Source: Candidatus Pacearchaeota archaeon (GTDB lineage: Archaea > Nanobdellota > Nanobdellia > Pacearchaeales > GW2011-AR1). Taken from it: a stretch of DNA of 64,000 nt. The DNA lies in contig JAGVWU010000001.1 of the NCBI GenBank assembly GCA_018304145.1, positions 144 to 64,143 on the forward strand, read 5' to 3'. Shown in pieces: positions 1 through 9,425 of this stretch. How positions within the stretch are numbered: position 1 is the first letter of the stretch; each line of letters opens with the position of its first letter. Made by a program: the position numbers and the translations under genes. Under the pieces are notes generated by a model, which had not been told where the DNA came from, did no database searches, and saw only the letters and a list, made by a program, of their open reading frames with translations.

Positions 1-38
1 TTATTACATTTTAAAGAAAAGAATAAAGGAATAATAAA

Positions 39-602
39 ATGAATATAGAAGAAGAAAAAGCATATATGAAAGAATATAGAGAAAAAAACAAAGACAGGAT
101 AAAAATACAAAATAATGCTTATATGAAATTATATAATCAAAAGAATAAGGAAATAATAAAGATAAGGAAGAAAAAATATCGTGAAAAGAATAGAGAAAGA
201 ACAAAGATAAGTAACAAAAGGTATTATGAAAAGAATAAAGATAGAATAAATCAAAGAAATAGAGAATATTGGAATAAGAATAAAGACAGGTTTCATATAA
301 AAAGTAAAGAATATCGTGAGAGGAACAAACATATTTTATCTTTAAAAAGCAAAAGAAATCGTGAAAAACTTATGCAAGATTTTCTTTCATATAAAAAAGA
401 TAAATGTTGTACTTTCTGTGGTTATAAGGAGTATCCTGAAATATTGCAGTTTCACCATAAAAATACTAAAGATAAATCTTTTGATATTTCAACCTTTAGA
501 AAAAAGAAATTAGCTTTATTAAAAACTGAAATGGATAAATGTATCTTATTATGCTCAAATTGTCATAGTTGGTTGCATTTTAATGAAAAGACAAATTTAT
601 AA
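39..602 (+). CDS. HNH-family endonuclease with N-terminal basic tandem-repeat region
   Basis: The C-terminus carries CxxC...FHHKN...CSNCHSWLH, a His-Asn-His (HNH) zinc-finger nuclease signature. The N-terminal ~110 aa consist of ~12-residue K/R/E/N-rich repeats (YxxKNKDRI-like). ATG at 39. Confidence 0.55.
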   Translation: MNIEEEKAYMKEYREKNKDRIKIQNNAYMKLYNQKNKEIIKIRKKKYREKNRERTKISNKRYYEKNKDRINQRNREYWNKNKDRFHIKSKEYRERNKHILSLKSKRNREKLMQDFLSYKKDKCCTFCGYKEYPEILQFHHKNTKDKSFDISTFRKKKLALLKTEMDKCILLCSNCHSWLHFNEKTNL

Positions 603-888
603 AATATATATTCTTTAGATTCGTATGGAAAAAGAGGTTAGAATGATAAAGAATAAAAACAAAGAGAAAATCCCACCCTATCCTTTTTGGAAGAAATTAT
701 TATGGTTTATTTTAGGTTTTATAATTGCTATGATGATTTTTTCCTGAATTATTCAACTCAACTTCAATTTGCATTATTTCTGAATTCAACAAAATCAATT
801 TTGCAAATTCTATTTTAGTCATCCAATAATTTCCTAATTCCCCATCATATCCTAATATTTATATAGTAAATCATCTTGTCAATTAAAA

Positions 889-2400
889 ATGGGGAAGAAG
901 ATATTTATATTTGCTATTGCTGTTCTGTTCTTGCTGACTCTGTTAATAAATATAAACAGCATAATATCTCAAACAAATCAAGATAATGACAATATTGAAA
1001 TCATTAAAATAATTGATATTTCTCCTCATACTCCTCCAATACTTATTCCAGTTGATTTTTCAATAGTCTTGGATAAATTTTATAATAATTTAACTTATCT
1101 ATGGGATTTTGGAGATGGAAGCTCACGGGCTATTACAGAAACCGGGGTCTTAATCCATACTTATCAAAGAAAAGGAGTTTATGAACTAAAAATAATAGTT
1201 TATAATTTAACAAACGAAGCAAATAAAACTGTGCAGATAAATGCAATTGCTCCTGGAGATTATATTAGTTCTATAATAGCCCTGTATAAAGAAGATTTAA
1301 ATAAACTTGATAGCCAAATAAATTCCCTTCCAGAATGGATAAAAGAGGAGGCTAAAAAAAATATAAGCATTAGTGATTTAAATTCAAGCATAATTGCCCA
1401 GGAAGAAAGATACAAAAATGCAACTTCTGATGATGAATATACAGACATAACAAAAAAATTATTGGAGATTGAAATTCCTTTTGGCTTTTTAGTAAGCGAA
1501 GAAATCAAGCCAACAGAGTGTTTTTTAAATGAAAACCAATTGGATTTGGAAGCCTTAAAAGAGATGGGTGCTGGAAATATTTCTGGCACAAGAGAAGATT
1601 ATTTTAAAGCAATTGAATTATGGGCTGTTGAAAATATCTATGTTTTATTTGAATCTAAAACTTATTCATATTATTACAGAGATAAGAACATAGAACCCTT
1701 ATTTTCTTATATGAAAATTAATTTTGAGCCTATAAAAAAAATTGATAAAATGTATTTGGTAATAAATGGAGATTCTGGAAAAATAATATTAAAAAACAGC
1801 ACTGAAATCAAGAAAAATCTTGGAAATGCAGCAGGAATAGTGATGAACAATTTGGACAGAGAGAAAAGTATAGAAATTTTATATCCTAAAAAAGTAAATG
1901 CCTTAAATTGCCATTTTTATTTTTCTCCAGATTTTAAAAAATTGGAAAAAAATGAAACTATCCTAGTTTGTGATAATGATGGTGTTTGTGACAGATGGGA
2001 AAACTATGTAAATTGCAGAAATGACTGCAAACCTTTCAAAATTACAATTACTTTGTTAATTATTCTTTTTGTATCTGCTTTTGCTGTTTATATTGCATTG
2101 CAAGAATGGTATAAGAAACGCTATGAATCTAAATTATTTTCAAATAAGAATGAACTATATAATATAATGAGTTTTATTAACAATTCATTAAAACAAGGTC
2201 TTAAAAAGTCAGATGTTTTTTACAAACTCAAGGAAATGAAATGGAATGGTGAACAATTAGGTTATGCATGGAACAAATTTCACGGAAAAAGAACTGGCAT
2301 GTTTGAAATTCCTGTATTTAAATGGTTTGAAAAAAGAAAAATTCAAAAAGAGCTTGAAAACAGGAACGGCAATCAGGTTTATAAGCGTAACAAATATTAA
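889..2400 (+). CDS. secreted / membrane-anchored PKD-domain protein
   Basis: N-terminal hydrophobic signal sequence. A WDFGDGS...HTY..G.Y.L.V.N PKD-domain signature lies near residue 70. A C-terminal TM helix (ITITLLIILFVSAFAVYIAL) is followed by a basic tail. Confidence 0.5.
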   Translation: MGKKIFIFAIAVLFLLTLLININSIISQTNQDNDNIEIIKIIDISPHTPPILIPVDFSIVLDKFYNNLTYLWDFGDGSSRAITETGVLIHTYQRKGVYELKIIVYNLTNEANKTVQINAIAPGDYISSIIALYKEDLNKLDSQINSLPEWIKEEAKKNISISDLNSSIIAQEERYKNATSDDEYTDITKKLLEIEIPFGFLVSEEIKPTECFLNENQLDLEALKEMGAGNISGTREDYFKAIELWAVENIYVLFESKTYSYYYRDKNIEPLFSYMKINFEPIKKIDKMYLVINGDSGKIILKNSTEIKKNLGNAAGIVMNNLDREKSIEILYPKKVNALNCHFYFSPDFKKLEKNETILVCDNDGVCDRWENYVNCRNDCKPFKITITLLIILFVSAFAVYIALQEWYKKRYESKLFSNKNELYNIMSFINNSLKQGLKKSDVFYKLKEMKWNGEQLGYAWNKFHGKRTGMFEIPVFKWFEKRKIQKELENRNGNQVYKRNKY

Positions 2401-2466
2401 ACAGCATAAGATTAATAAATACAAGACTCAATTAAAAAGATAGCAAAATGCGGATGTGATTTAAAA

Positions 2467-3102
2467 ATGCAAATACTAAGAGATTTCACAAAGAGAATTT
2501 TTAGCATCTTTTTTAAAAGAAAAAAGAATATCTCTCTTGGATTTTATGGGCCTCCAAATGCAGGCAAGACTTCTATAACAAACAGGATTTGCAAAGACTG
2601 GACTGGTGAAGAAATAGGCAAGGTAAGCAATATACCTCATGAAACAAGAAATGTGCAATTTAGAGAGGAAGTTGAGATTAAGTACAAAGAAAAAACAATG
2701 AAATTCAAACTAATTGACACTCCTGGAATTGCAACAAAAATTGACTATGAAAATTTTATGAAGTTTAAAATGAAAAAAAAACAAGCTCAAAAAAGAGCAA
2801 GAGAAGCTACGCAGGGCATAATTGAAGCTATAAAGTGGCTGGATGATGTGGATGCTGTTGTTATTGTTCTTGATGCGACTGAAGACCCTTATTCACAGGT
2901 AAATATAACTTTAATAGGGAATTTGGTTTCCAGAAAAATTCCGGTTCTTATTATAGCAAATAAAATTGATTTAAAAAAAGCAAACATAAAAAACATAGGG
3001 GCTGCATTTCCAGACTATGAAGTTGTTGGAATATCTGCAAAATTCGGGACAAACATGGAAGAATTTTATGAGGCTGTTTTTAAACTGGCAAAAAAAGCCT
3101 AG
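2467..3102 (+). CDS. small P-loop GTPase
   Basis: G1 GPPNAGKTS, G3 DTPGI, G4 NKIDL and SAK-like G5 motifs are all present. Length 211 aa. Confidence 0.7.
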   Translation: MQILRDFTKRIFSIFFKRKKNISLGFYGPPNAGKTSITNRICKDWTGEEIGKVSNIPHETRNVQFREEVEIKYKEKTMKFKLIDTPGIATKIDYENFMKFKMKKKQAQKRAREATQGIIEAIKWLDDVDAVVIVLDATEDPYSQVNITLIGNLVSRKIPVLIIANKIDLKKANIKNIGAAFPDYEVVGISAKFGTNMEEFYEAVFKLAKKA

Positions 3103-3163
3103 ATAAAGATTTAAATAGAAAAAATTCATTACTAAATATTGATTAAAAAAGAGGGAAAAAATA

Positions 3164-3553
3164 ATGAAGAAAACAAGCATAAAAGGGCTTACATTGCATT
3201 TCATGCCCTATAGCGAAATAGCAAAACTTGACACAGTTGAAAGAATAAAAAAATTATTAAAAATAATTCTTGACAATAAGGTTATTGTTTTGCAAGGCAA
3301 ACTGAAGCCTGAAGAAGAAACAAGATTAATTGAAGATACTATGATTATGATTGGGAATATAAAAGGATTCAAAGGTGTTGAGCTTGCTGTCATCTCCCCT
3401 GATTCTGAAAATGCTGGCTTTTTTGATAAAATGAAATTTGGTCTGGCAAAAGCCCTGGTTGGGCAACAGGCAGCCATAACAGTTATAGGTCCTGCAACAG
3501 TTGTTAAAGAAATGAAAAGGGACCCTAGAAAATTAGAAGTGATGATGAGATAG
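3164..3553 (+). CDS. conserved hypothetical protein, possible GTPase-associated partner
   Basis: Compact 129-aa ORF immediately downstream of the GTPase on the same strand, with normal residue composition. Resemblance to archaeal small proteins that co-occur with this GTPase type is from memory only. Confidence 0.4.
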   Translation: MKKTSIKGLTLHFMPYSEIAKLDTVERIKKLLKIILDNKVIVLQGKLKPEEETRLIEDTMIMIGNIKGFKGVELAVISPDSENAGFFDKMKFGLAKALVGQQAAITVIGPATVVKEMKRDPRKLEVMMR

Positions 3554-3563
3554 TCCCGTTTCA

Positions 3564-3591
3564 CTGTAAAATCTTTTGAATGATTTTACAG
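3564..3591. repeat. hairpin-palindrome CTGTAAAATC-TTTTGAATG-GATTTTACAG (GAAAATC family, conserved loop)
   Basis: Immediately downstream of the 129-aa gene. The loop TTTTGAATG matches the TTCTGAATG loops at 10913 and 13475. Confidence 0.55.
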
Positions 3592-3719
3592 ATACAGAAA
3601 ATTGGAAGTAATGATAAAGTAACTGAAATATTTACTATAAATTAAAGATGTTCTAAGTTGCATAATAATTTATATATACTCACTTTTTCTGAAGATTGTA
3701 TAAATACTAAAATCTAAAT

Positions 3720-4091
3720 ATGCCTCATAAATGCACACAATGCGGAAAATTGTATCCTGACGCAGCTTCAGAATTATTGAAAGGCTGTGAATGCGGGAGC
3801 AAATTTTTCTATTATATCAGAGAGGAAAAATTCCATGAACTTCAGGACATAGTTACTGAACTTAAGGATATAGACAAGATACAGATTGAAAAAGATATAA
3901 GAGAGGTAACTGAACAAAAACCTGATGAACCTGTTATTCTGGATTTGGAATCTGTAAAAATAATAGAACCTGGAAAATTTGAGATTGATATTTTGAATTT
4001 ATTCTCAAAAAAAAGAGTTCTTGTCTATGAATTAGAGGAAGGAAAATATATAATAGATTTGGCTTCGTCTCTTAAGAAAGATAAAAGATGA
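3720..4091 (+). CDS. Zn-ribbon protein
   Basis: N-terminal CTQCG...(15)...CECG four-Cys ribbon followed by an acidic region. Third gene of the GTPase / small-protein / Zn-ribbon same-strand trio. Confidence 0.45.
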   Translation: MPHKCTQCGKLYPDAASELLKGCECGSKFFYYIREEKFHELQDIVTELKDIDKIQIEKDIREVTEQKPDEPVILDLESVKIIEPGKFEIDILNLFSKKRVLVYELEEGKYIIDLASSLKKDKR

Positions 4092-4237
4092 TTTTTAATT
4101 ATTAGTTAATATCATGTGTGATAGGAAGAGTAAAGTCGGGTTTTTTAATCACATAACTCTTGCTTTTCTCACTCCACATTAATTTAATAATATTATATCA
4201 ACGGAAATAAATTTTTGGAAAATTTTTTCTTTGATAG

Positions 4238-4285
4238 ATAGGATAAGAAAGAGTAAATTATCCGAAAATTAATTTCTTATCCTAT
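4238..4285. promoter_or_regulatory. 13-bp perfect inverted repeat (ATAGGATAAGAAA ... TTTCTTATCCTAT, 22-bp spacer) about 100 bp upstream of trxA
   Basis: Read directly from the sequence. Lies in the 300-bp intergenic region before trxA. Confidence 0.4.
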
Positions 4286-4389
4286 AATTATATGAACAAC
4301 GTTTTTATTAATAAAAAAATATATTTTTCACAAGTAAAGTAAAAAGGTTTAAATACTAATTTTCTTAAGAAATAGTACAAGAGGCAAAA

Positions 4390-4716
4390 ATGGTTATTCA
4401 CATCAATGAAGATAATTTTGAGGAAGAAGTGAAAAAATCCGAAATACCGGTTATAATTGATTTTTGGGCTCCTTGGTGCGGGCCATGCCAGATGATGTCC
4501 AGTGTTTTTGAATCATTATCAAAAGAATATAAAAATAAAATTAAATTTGTAAAGATAAACACTGATGAAAATCAGGAACTTGCTCAAAAATTTGAAATTC
4601 GGGGAATACCCTGCCTGATAATAGTTAAGAGCTCTAAAGAGATTGATAGATTAGTTGGATTTTTATCTGAAAGTCAATTGAAACAAAAGATTGAGGATAT
4701 TTTAGAGAGGATTTAA
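4390..4716 (+). CDS. trxA: thioredoxin
   Basis: WAPWCGPCQ active-site motif. 108 aa. Confidence 0.85.
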   Translation: MVIHINEDNFEEEVKKSEIPVIIDFWAPWCGPCQMMSSVFESLSKEYKNKIKFVKINTDENQELAQKFEIRGIPCLIIVKSSKEIDRLVGFLSESQLKQKIEDILERI

Positions 4717-4850
4717 GATTTTGTTAATATACAAATTTAAATGAATATGACTTCGGTTTTTCAATTAAATATTTTTCATTGCTCAATTATTGCTTCACAC
4801 AATTTATCCTGCATAAACATTAATGATAATTATTTATATCCCAATTGGGT

Positions 4851-5285
4851 TTAAGTAGATGTTAAAACTGCTTGTTCAAGGGGCAAATGTAATCTTTTTG
4901 CAAGATCTAAAAGGTTATCCTGTCCTTCAGATAATAAAGTTACAATAATTTCTGGCATTTCAGTTGCTACTTTAATTTCAGGTCGTTTTGATTTTATTCT
5001 GCCAAAAAATTCTCTTCGTTTAGAATAGGTTATGATAATACCCCTAAATAAAAAAGATTTTTCATCGTAAAATTTATTTTGACAATTTATACCATAGAAA
5101 CCAGTATTTCCAAGAGGCAAACCCCGAGCTTCTCCAACAAGTCTTGGATATTCTAATTTATCTTTATCTTCCACCCTTATTCCTTCCCACTCCCTTCCTC
5201 CAAAATACCATTGTTCAACAAACCCTCTTATTGGATGAGCAGGTGCGACATCAGAGCTTATTTCTCTCATTAATATACCTAACAA
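4851..5285 (-). CDS. hypothetical protein
   Basis: 144-aa ORF with non-low-complexity composition (GFYGINCQN, C-terminal helix-rich segment). No family recognised. Confidence 0.35.
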   Translation of the reverse strand: MLGILMREISSDVAPAHPIRGFVEQWYFGGREWEGIRVEDKDKLEYPRLVGEARGLPLGNTGFYGINCQNKFYDEKSFLFRGIIITYSKRREFFGRIKSKRPEIKVATEMPEIIVTLLSEGQDNLLDLAKRLHLPLEQAVLTST

Positions 5286-5361
5286 ATATTATTTTTAAAC
5301 ATTATTGTGGTGTATTATTTTTAAAAATCAAATTTATATACTCTTCATTACATTATCTATT

Positions 5362-6267
5362 ATGGAAAAATATGATTTAATTATAATAGGGGCGGGCCCT
5401 GCAGGGCTTAGTGCTGCTGTTTATGCAGCAAGATACAAGCTTAAGACCCTCATTCTTTCAAAAAGCATGGGTGGGATGGCTGCTGTTGCTCACAAGGTCT
5501 GCAATTTTCCATCTTACACAGAAATAAAGGGCTTTGATTTAATGCAGAAATTCTTAAAACAAGTTGAAGAATTGAAGGTTCCAATAATCTATGATGAAAC
5601 TGTAAAAATTGAAAGAACAAAAAATGAGTTTTTAGTTATAACTAAAAATAAAAAATATAATTGCAAAAAAATTATTTTTGCAGGAGGTTGCGAGAGAATA
5701 AGGCTTAAAGTTAATGGAGAAGGAAAGTTTTTAGGAAAAGGAGTGAGTTATTGTGCAACTTGTGATGCTGCTTTTTTTAGAAATAAAATAGTATGTGTTG
5801 TTGGTGGAAGCGATGCTGCACTTACTGCTGCATTATTGTTGTCTGAATATGCCTCAAAAGTTTATATTATCTATAGAAAAGAAAATTTTTTCAGGTCAGA
5901 GCCTGCCTGGATTGAATTAGTTGAAAAAGAAAAGAAAATAGAGACAATATTCAATGAAGAAGTTGCTGAAATAATCGGTAAAAACAGTGTTGAGGAAATC
6001 AGGTTAAAATCAGGAAAATTATTAAAAACTAACGGAGTTTTTATTGAAATTGGCTCTGTTCCAGAAACAAAATCATTAGATTCCTTAAAGGTTAAAAAAA
6101 CAGATGCAGGATATATTATAACAGACAAGAATCAAAAGACAAATATAGCAGGATTATATGCTGCTGGAGATGTTATTGACAGCCAATTAAAACAGATTGT
6201 TACTGCGGCTTCACAGGGTGCTGTTGCAGCTTATTCTGTTTATCAGGAATTAAAGAGAGAGGAATGA
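5362..6267 (+). CDS. trxB: thioredoxin-disulfide reductase
   Basis: FAD-binding GAGPAG near the N-terminus, redox-active CATCD motif and a second GGSDAA dinucleotide motif. Start placed at MEKYDLIIIG rather than the upstream ORF start at 5305. Confidence 0.85.
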   Translation: MEKYDLIIIGAGPAGLSAAVYAARYKLKTLILSKSMGGMAAVAHKVCNFPSYTEIKGFDLMQKFLKQVEELKVPIIYDETVKIERTKNEFLVITKNKKYNCKKIIFAGGCERIRLKVNGEGKFLGKGVSYCATCDAAFFRNKIVCVVGGSDAALTAALLLSEYASKVYIIYRKENFFRSEPAWIELVEKEKKIETIFNEEVAEIIGKNSVEEIRLKSGKLLKTNGVFIEIGSVPETKSLDSLKVKKTDAGYIITDKNQKTNIAGLYAAGDVIDSQLKQIVTAASQGAVAAYSVYQELKREE

Positions 6268-6550
6268 TAATTAGAAATTAATTAGCTTTCTGAAAATATT
6301 TATTAAAAATAACCAAACTTTGTTAAGGTTATTTTTCCTACAAATTTTATTAATTTTACAATCCAGAATTTATAAAATCTGCAATCAAAGCAAAACTTCT
6401 CTTACAAAACTTATTGAACTTAGAATATTAACTATAGCTCTTAGAAATTTAGACTTGCTGAAAGCTGGTTAAATTTTAATTATTTTGCTTCAAAAACTTA
6501 AATTATATATCCTTAGTATAATTTAAATAATCCTCTTATTTATTTTTCAT

Positions 6551-7843
6551 ATGAAAAAAGAGATTAATTCTATTCTGAAAAAAGAGATTGAAAATATAAA
6601 ATTAGATAAAAAGACTTTTGATGAGATAAACAGAGTGTGCAGGGAATTTATTTATGTTCTAAAGAATCAATTAAAAAAGAAGAAAATAAAAGCAGAGGTT
6701 TTTCTCGGAGGAAGTTTGGCTAAAAACACTATAATTAAAAAAACTGAAAAAGACAAATATGATATAGATATATTTGTCAGATTTGATAAAAAGAGCTCTT
6801 TAAAAAAGACCTTGGAGAAAGATAATTTATCTGAAATCCTTGAAAAACTCCTTGATAAAAATGCTGTAAAAGTTCATGGTTCAAGAGATTATTATCAATT
6901 TCTTAAAAAAAATATAAGAATAGAAGTAATCCCTGTAAAGAAGATTAAAAATCCTGCGGCTGCTGAAAATGTTACTGATTTAAGCTATTTTCATGTTAAT
7001 TATGTTGTAAATAAGACAAAAAAAAATAGAAAATTAAGCAATGAAATAATGCTAGCAAAGGCATTTACATATGCGCAAAATTCTTATGGAGCAGAGAGTT
7101 ATATTCATGGATTTTCTGGCTATGCTCTTGAACTTTTGATATGCCATTACAAGAGTTTTTTAAAATTTATAGAAGCGGTTGCAAAATCTCAGGAAAGAAT
7201 TATTATAGATGATTCTAAATTTTATAAGAAAAAAGAAGAATTATTGATGGAAATGAATGAATCTAAGATTATTTCTCCTATAATTTTGATTGACCCTACA
7301 TTCAAAGAAAGAAATGCCCTTGCCGGGCTTTCAAAAGAAACTTTTGAAAAATTTAAAAAATCCTGCAAGGATTTTTTAGCAAATCCTTCTTCGTATTTTT
7401 TTACTAAAAAGAATATTTATGATGAATTAAAAAACAATAAAAATCTTAAAATAATTTCAGTAAAAACAAGCAAGCAAAAAGGCGATATTGCTGGAACAAA
7501 ATCAAAAAAATTCTTTGATTTTTTTGTTTATAATATTAAAAAGGAATTTGTTGTTAAAAATGGAGAGTTTGAATATGATGATGAAAAAAATATTGCTTAT
7601 TTTTATTTGATAGTTGATAAGAAAAATGAAGAGGTAATCAAAGGACCTCCGATTAATATTGTTGAACACCTCACAGGATTTAAAAAAGCACATCCTAATG
7701 TTTTTATTAAAGATGGAATTAGCTATGCAAAAATTGCCCATAATCTTTCATTCGAAGAGTTTTTAAAGAGGTTTTTAGAAAAAGACAAAAAGATTATAAA
7801 GGAGATGGGTGTTAGGGAAGTGAAGATTATTGATAAGAAATAA
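6551..7843 (+). CDS. cca: class I (archaeal) CCA-adding tRNA nucleotidyltransferase
   Basis: GGSLAKNT...DIDIFV (GS...DxD) nucleotidyltransferase motif near residue 55. Length about 430 aa, typical of archaeal CCA enzymes. Confidence 0.6.
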   Translation: MKKEINSILKKEIENIKLDKKTFDEINRVCREFIYVLKNQLKKKKIKAEVFLGGSLAKNTIIKKTEKDKYDIDIFVRFDKKSSLKKTLEKDNLSEILEKLLDKNAVKVHGSRDYYQFLKKNIRIEVIPVKKIKNPAAAENVTDLSYFHVNYVVNKTKKNRKLSNEIMLAKAFTYAQNSYGAESYIHGFSGYALELLICHYKSFLKFIEAVAKSQERIIIDDSKFYKKKEELLMEMNESKIISPIILIDPTFKERNALAGLSKETFEKFKKSCKDFLANPSSYFFTKKNIYDELKNNKNLKIISVKTSKQKGDIAGTKSKKFFDFFVYNIKKEFVVKNGEFEYDDEKNIAYFYLIVDKKNEEVIKGPPINIVEHLTGFKKAHPNVFIKDGISYAKIAHNLSFEEFLKRFLEKDKKIIKEMGVREVKIIDKK

Positions 7844-8059
7844 TAAATATTCCAATAATTATTAGATTAAAACTTTTGATAGTTCTTTTTTCATTTCTAA
7901 TCAAACATTCCTTTAATATTATTTCTGCTTCATCAAAATTACATCCACAGATATAATAAATCATCTCTTCAACTCTTTGTGTAAATTTTTCTTTATCCAT
8001 CTTTTTTATTTTATCTATTATCAAAAATTATTAATCTTTTAATGGTTTTGGTTGTAAAG

Positions 8060-8296
8060 TTAATCTCTTCTGGATATTCCTACTAAGGTTCCATTATTAT
8101 AGATTGCTAACACAGGTTTTCCTACTAACTCTTGAGGTGTAGAAGTTTCATAAACAGATAATAAATCTTTTATTTCAGGAGGATTTAAAAAAGCAACATT
8201 ATGATGGCTTCTTGGACCATAAACATGCACTCGACTAATTGTTCTTTCTACTACTCTTTTAATTTTAGTTGCTAAACATTCTTGTTCTGAGCCCAT
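8060..8296 (-). CDS. hypothetical small protein
   Basis: ORF 8060-8380 would overlap the TrmB 3' end. An internal start at MGSEQECL avoids that overlap. No family recognised. Confidence 0.2.
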   Translation of the reverse strand: MGSEQECLATKIKRVVERTISRVHVYGPRSHHNVAFLNPPEIKDLLSVYETSTPQELVGKPVLAIYNNGTLVGISRRD

Positions 8297-8327
8297 TCCA
8301 ATTATTTGATTTAATCTATATTTTATC

Positions 8328-9113
8328 TTATTTCTCGTCCCCAACAGCCTGTTCAAACATATATGACAATGATGAAGCAAAGAAGGGTGTGTTAAGCCAG
8401 ACAGCCATTTCTTCTGTTGGAGAATCTCCTTTTGAAATTATGAACAATATCTGGTCGTTGTCTGCTATAAAGAATTTAGCCTCCATCTTAATAGATTTTG
8501 CCTTGATTTTAAATTTATTGCCTATTTTCTTGACTTCTTTTTCATCTCCTGATAATGCAACTTTTATTTTCACATTTGAATGCTTTAATTTTTCAAAAAT
8601 AGAATAGAAAAATCTTGATTTTGCCTGAATTTCGTTTGCAGAAGAACAAATAATTACCTCTTTTTTTGCGCCTTCCAAAAGCTCCTTTATGTGATTATAA
8701 ATAGAGGATTTCCCTTTTATAGAACCTGAAATGTCTTCATGCTTCACGGGCTTTATCCCAACTGTATAAAGTTTTTCCAGTTCAGAATATTCCGGAGTGT
8801 CCCTTATTTTTGTGATTGTCTTTATTTTTTCATCAGCATTTCTAATAGCATTGGATTTTAATTTTTCAATTATTACATTTGGCTTTACTGCAATATACTT
8901 TACAGGTTTTCCAAGCTTCATAATTGCAAAACCTTGTTTTTCCAAACTTTCAAGAACATCATAAGTTCTGCTTCTTGGAACTCCTGAAATTTCTGCTATC
9001 TCTCCTGCGCTTGCAACACCCCTTCCAATCAAAGCAAGCCAGACTTTTGTTTCATAAATATTAAGATTAAAATGTTCCTTAATTTGTTTTATAAGTTCCT
9101 GTTTAATTATCAT
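8328..9113 (-). CDS. TrmB-family transcriptional regulator
   Basis: N-terminal winged HTH (KVWLALIGRGVASAGEIAEISGVPRSRTYDVLESLEKQG) typical of TrmB. 261 aa with a C-terminal effector-like domain. Confidence 0.7.
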   Translation of the reverse strand: MIIKQELIKQIKEHFNLNIYETKVWLALIGRGVASAGEIAEISGVPRSRTYDVLESLEKQGFAIMKLGKPVKYIAVKPNVIIEKLKSNAIRNADEKIKTITKIRDTPEYSELEKLYTVGIKPVKHEDISGSIKGKSSIYNHIKELLEGAKKEVIICSSANEIQAKSRFFYSIFEKLKHSNVKIKVALSGDEKEVKKIGNKFKIKAKSIKMEAKFFIADNDQILFIISKGDSPTEEMAVWLNTPFFASSLSYMFEQAVGDEK

Positions 9114-9114
9114 T

Positions 9115-9318
9115 TTATAATATTCTTTCCTCTAATTGAGGATTGTAAAGTGTTGATTGCAAAACTGGATGTCTAATTTTTTCAGCTGGCTGATTTAAAA
9201 ATTCTACTGTTTCTTCAGGAGTCATTGGTTTTGCAGATTCAGAAAATTTAAATCCTATTTCTCCCGAATAGGTTGTATTTAGTTGAGCTCTTGAATTATC
9301 CTTAACATCGGTTGTCAT
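9115..9318 (-). CDS. small hypothetical protein
   Basis: Its stop codon abuts the TrmB start codon, suggesting a translationally coupled position. No recognisable motif. Confidence 0.2.
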   Translation of the reverse strand: MTTDVKDNSRAQLNTTYSGEIGFKFSESAKPMTPEETVEFLNQPAEKIRHPVLQSTLYNPQLEERIL

Positions 9319-9425
9319 ATCTTTTTTTATACAAAAAGGGGTTTATAAATCTTATTGTAATGTTATTACTATATAATTAAAACAAAATCATAAAGTTTAT
9401 AAATAAGATTCATTGATTTTAGTTT

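Noticed and set aside
1260-1589. Antisense or overlapping ORFs embedded in larger genes (for example 129-332 minus, 1260-1589 minus, 2476-2658 minus, 5871-6128 minus, 17929-18287 plus, 18952-19340 plus, 23397-23788 plus, 25548-25817 plus, 31324-31575 plus, 36557-36805 minus, 54202-54500)
   Set aside because: They lie opposite to or within well-supported genes. They have F/L/I/S-rich low-complexity translations typical of reverse frames of AT-rich coding DNA. They lack motifs or plausible start contexts.
4851-5285. 144-aa protein as a 3-methyladenine DNA glycosylase (YGINCQN compared with the YGMHxCxN box)
   Set aside because: Only one box could be loosely matched. The upstream EAY and RN..MF boxes are not present in the right order.
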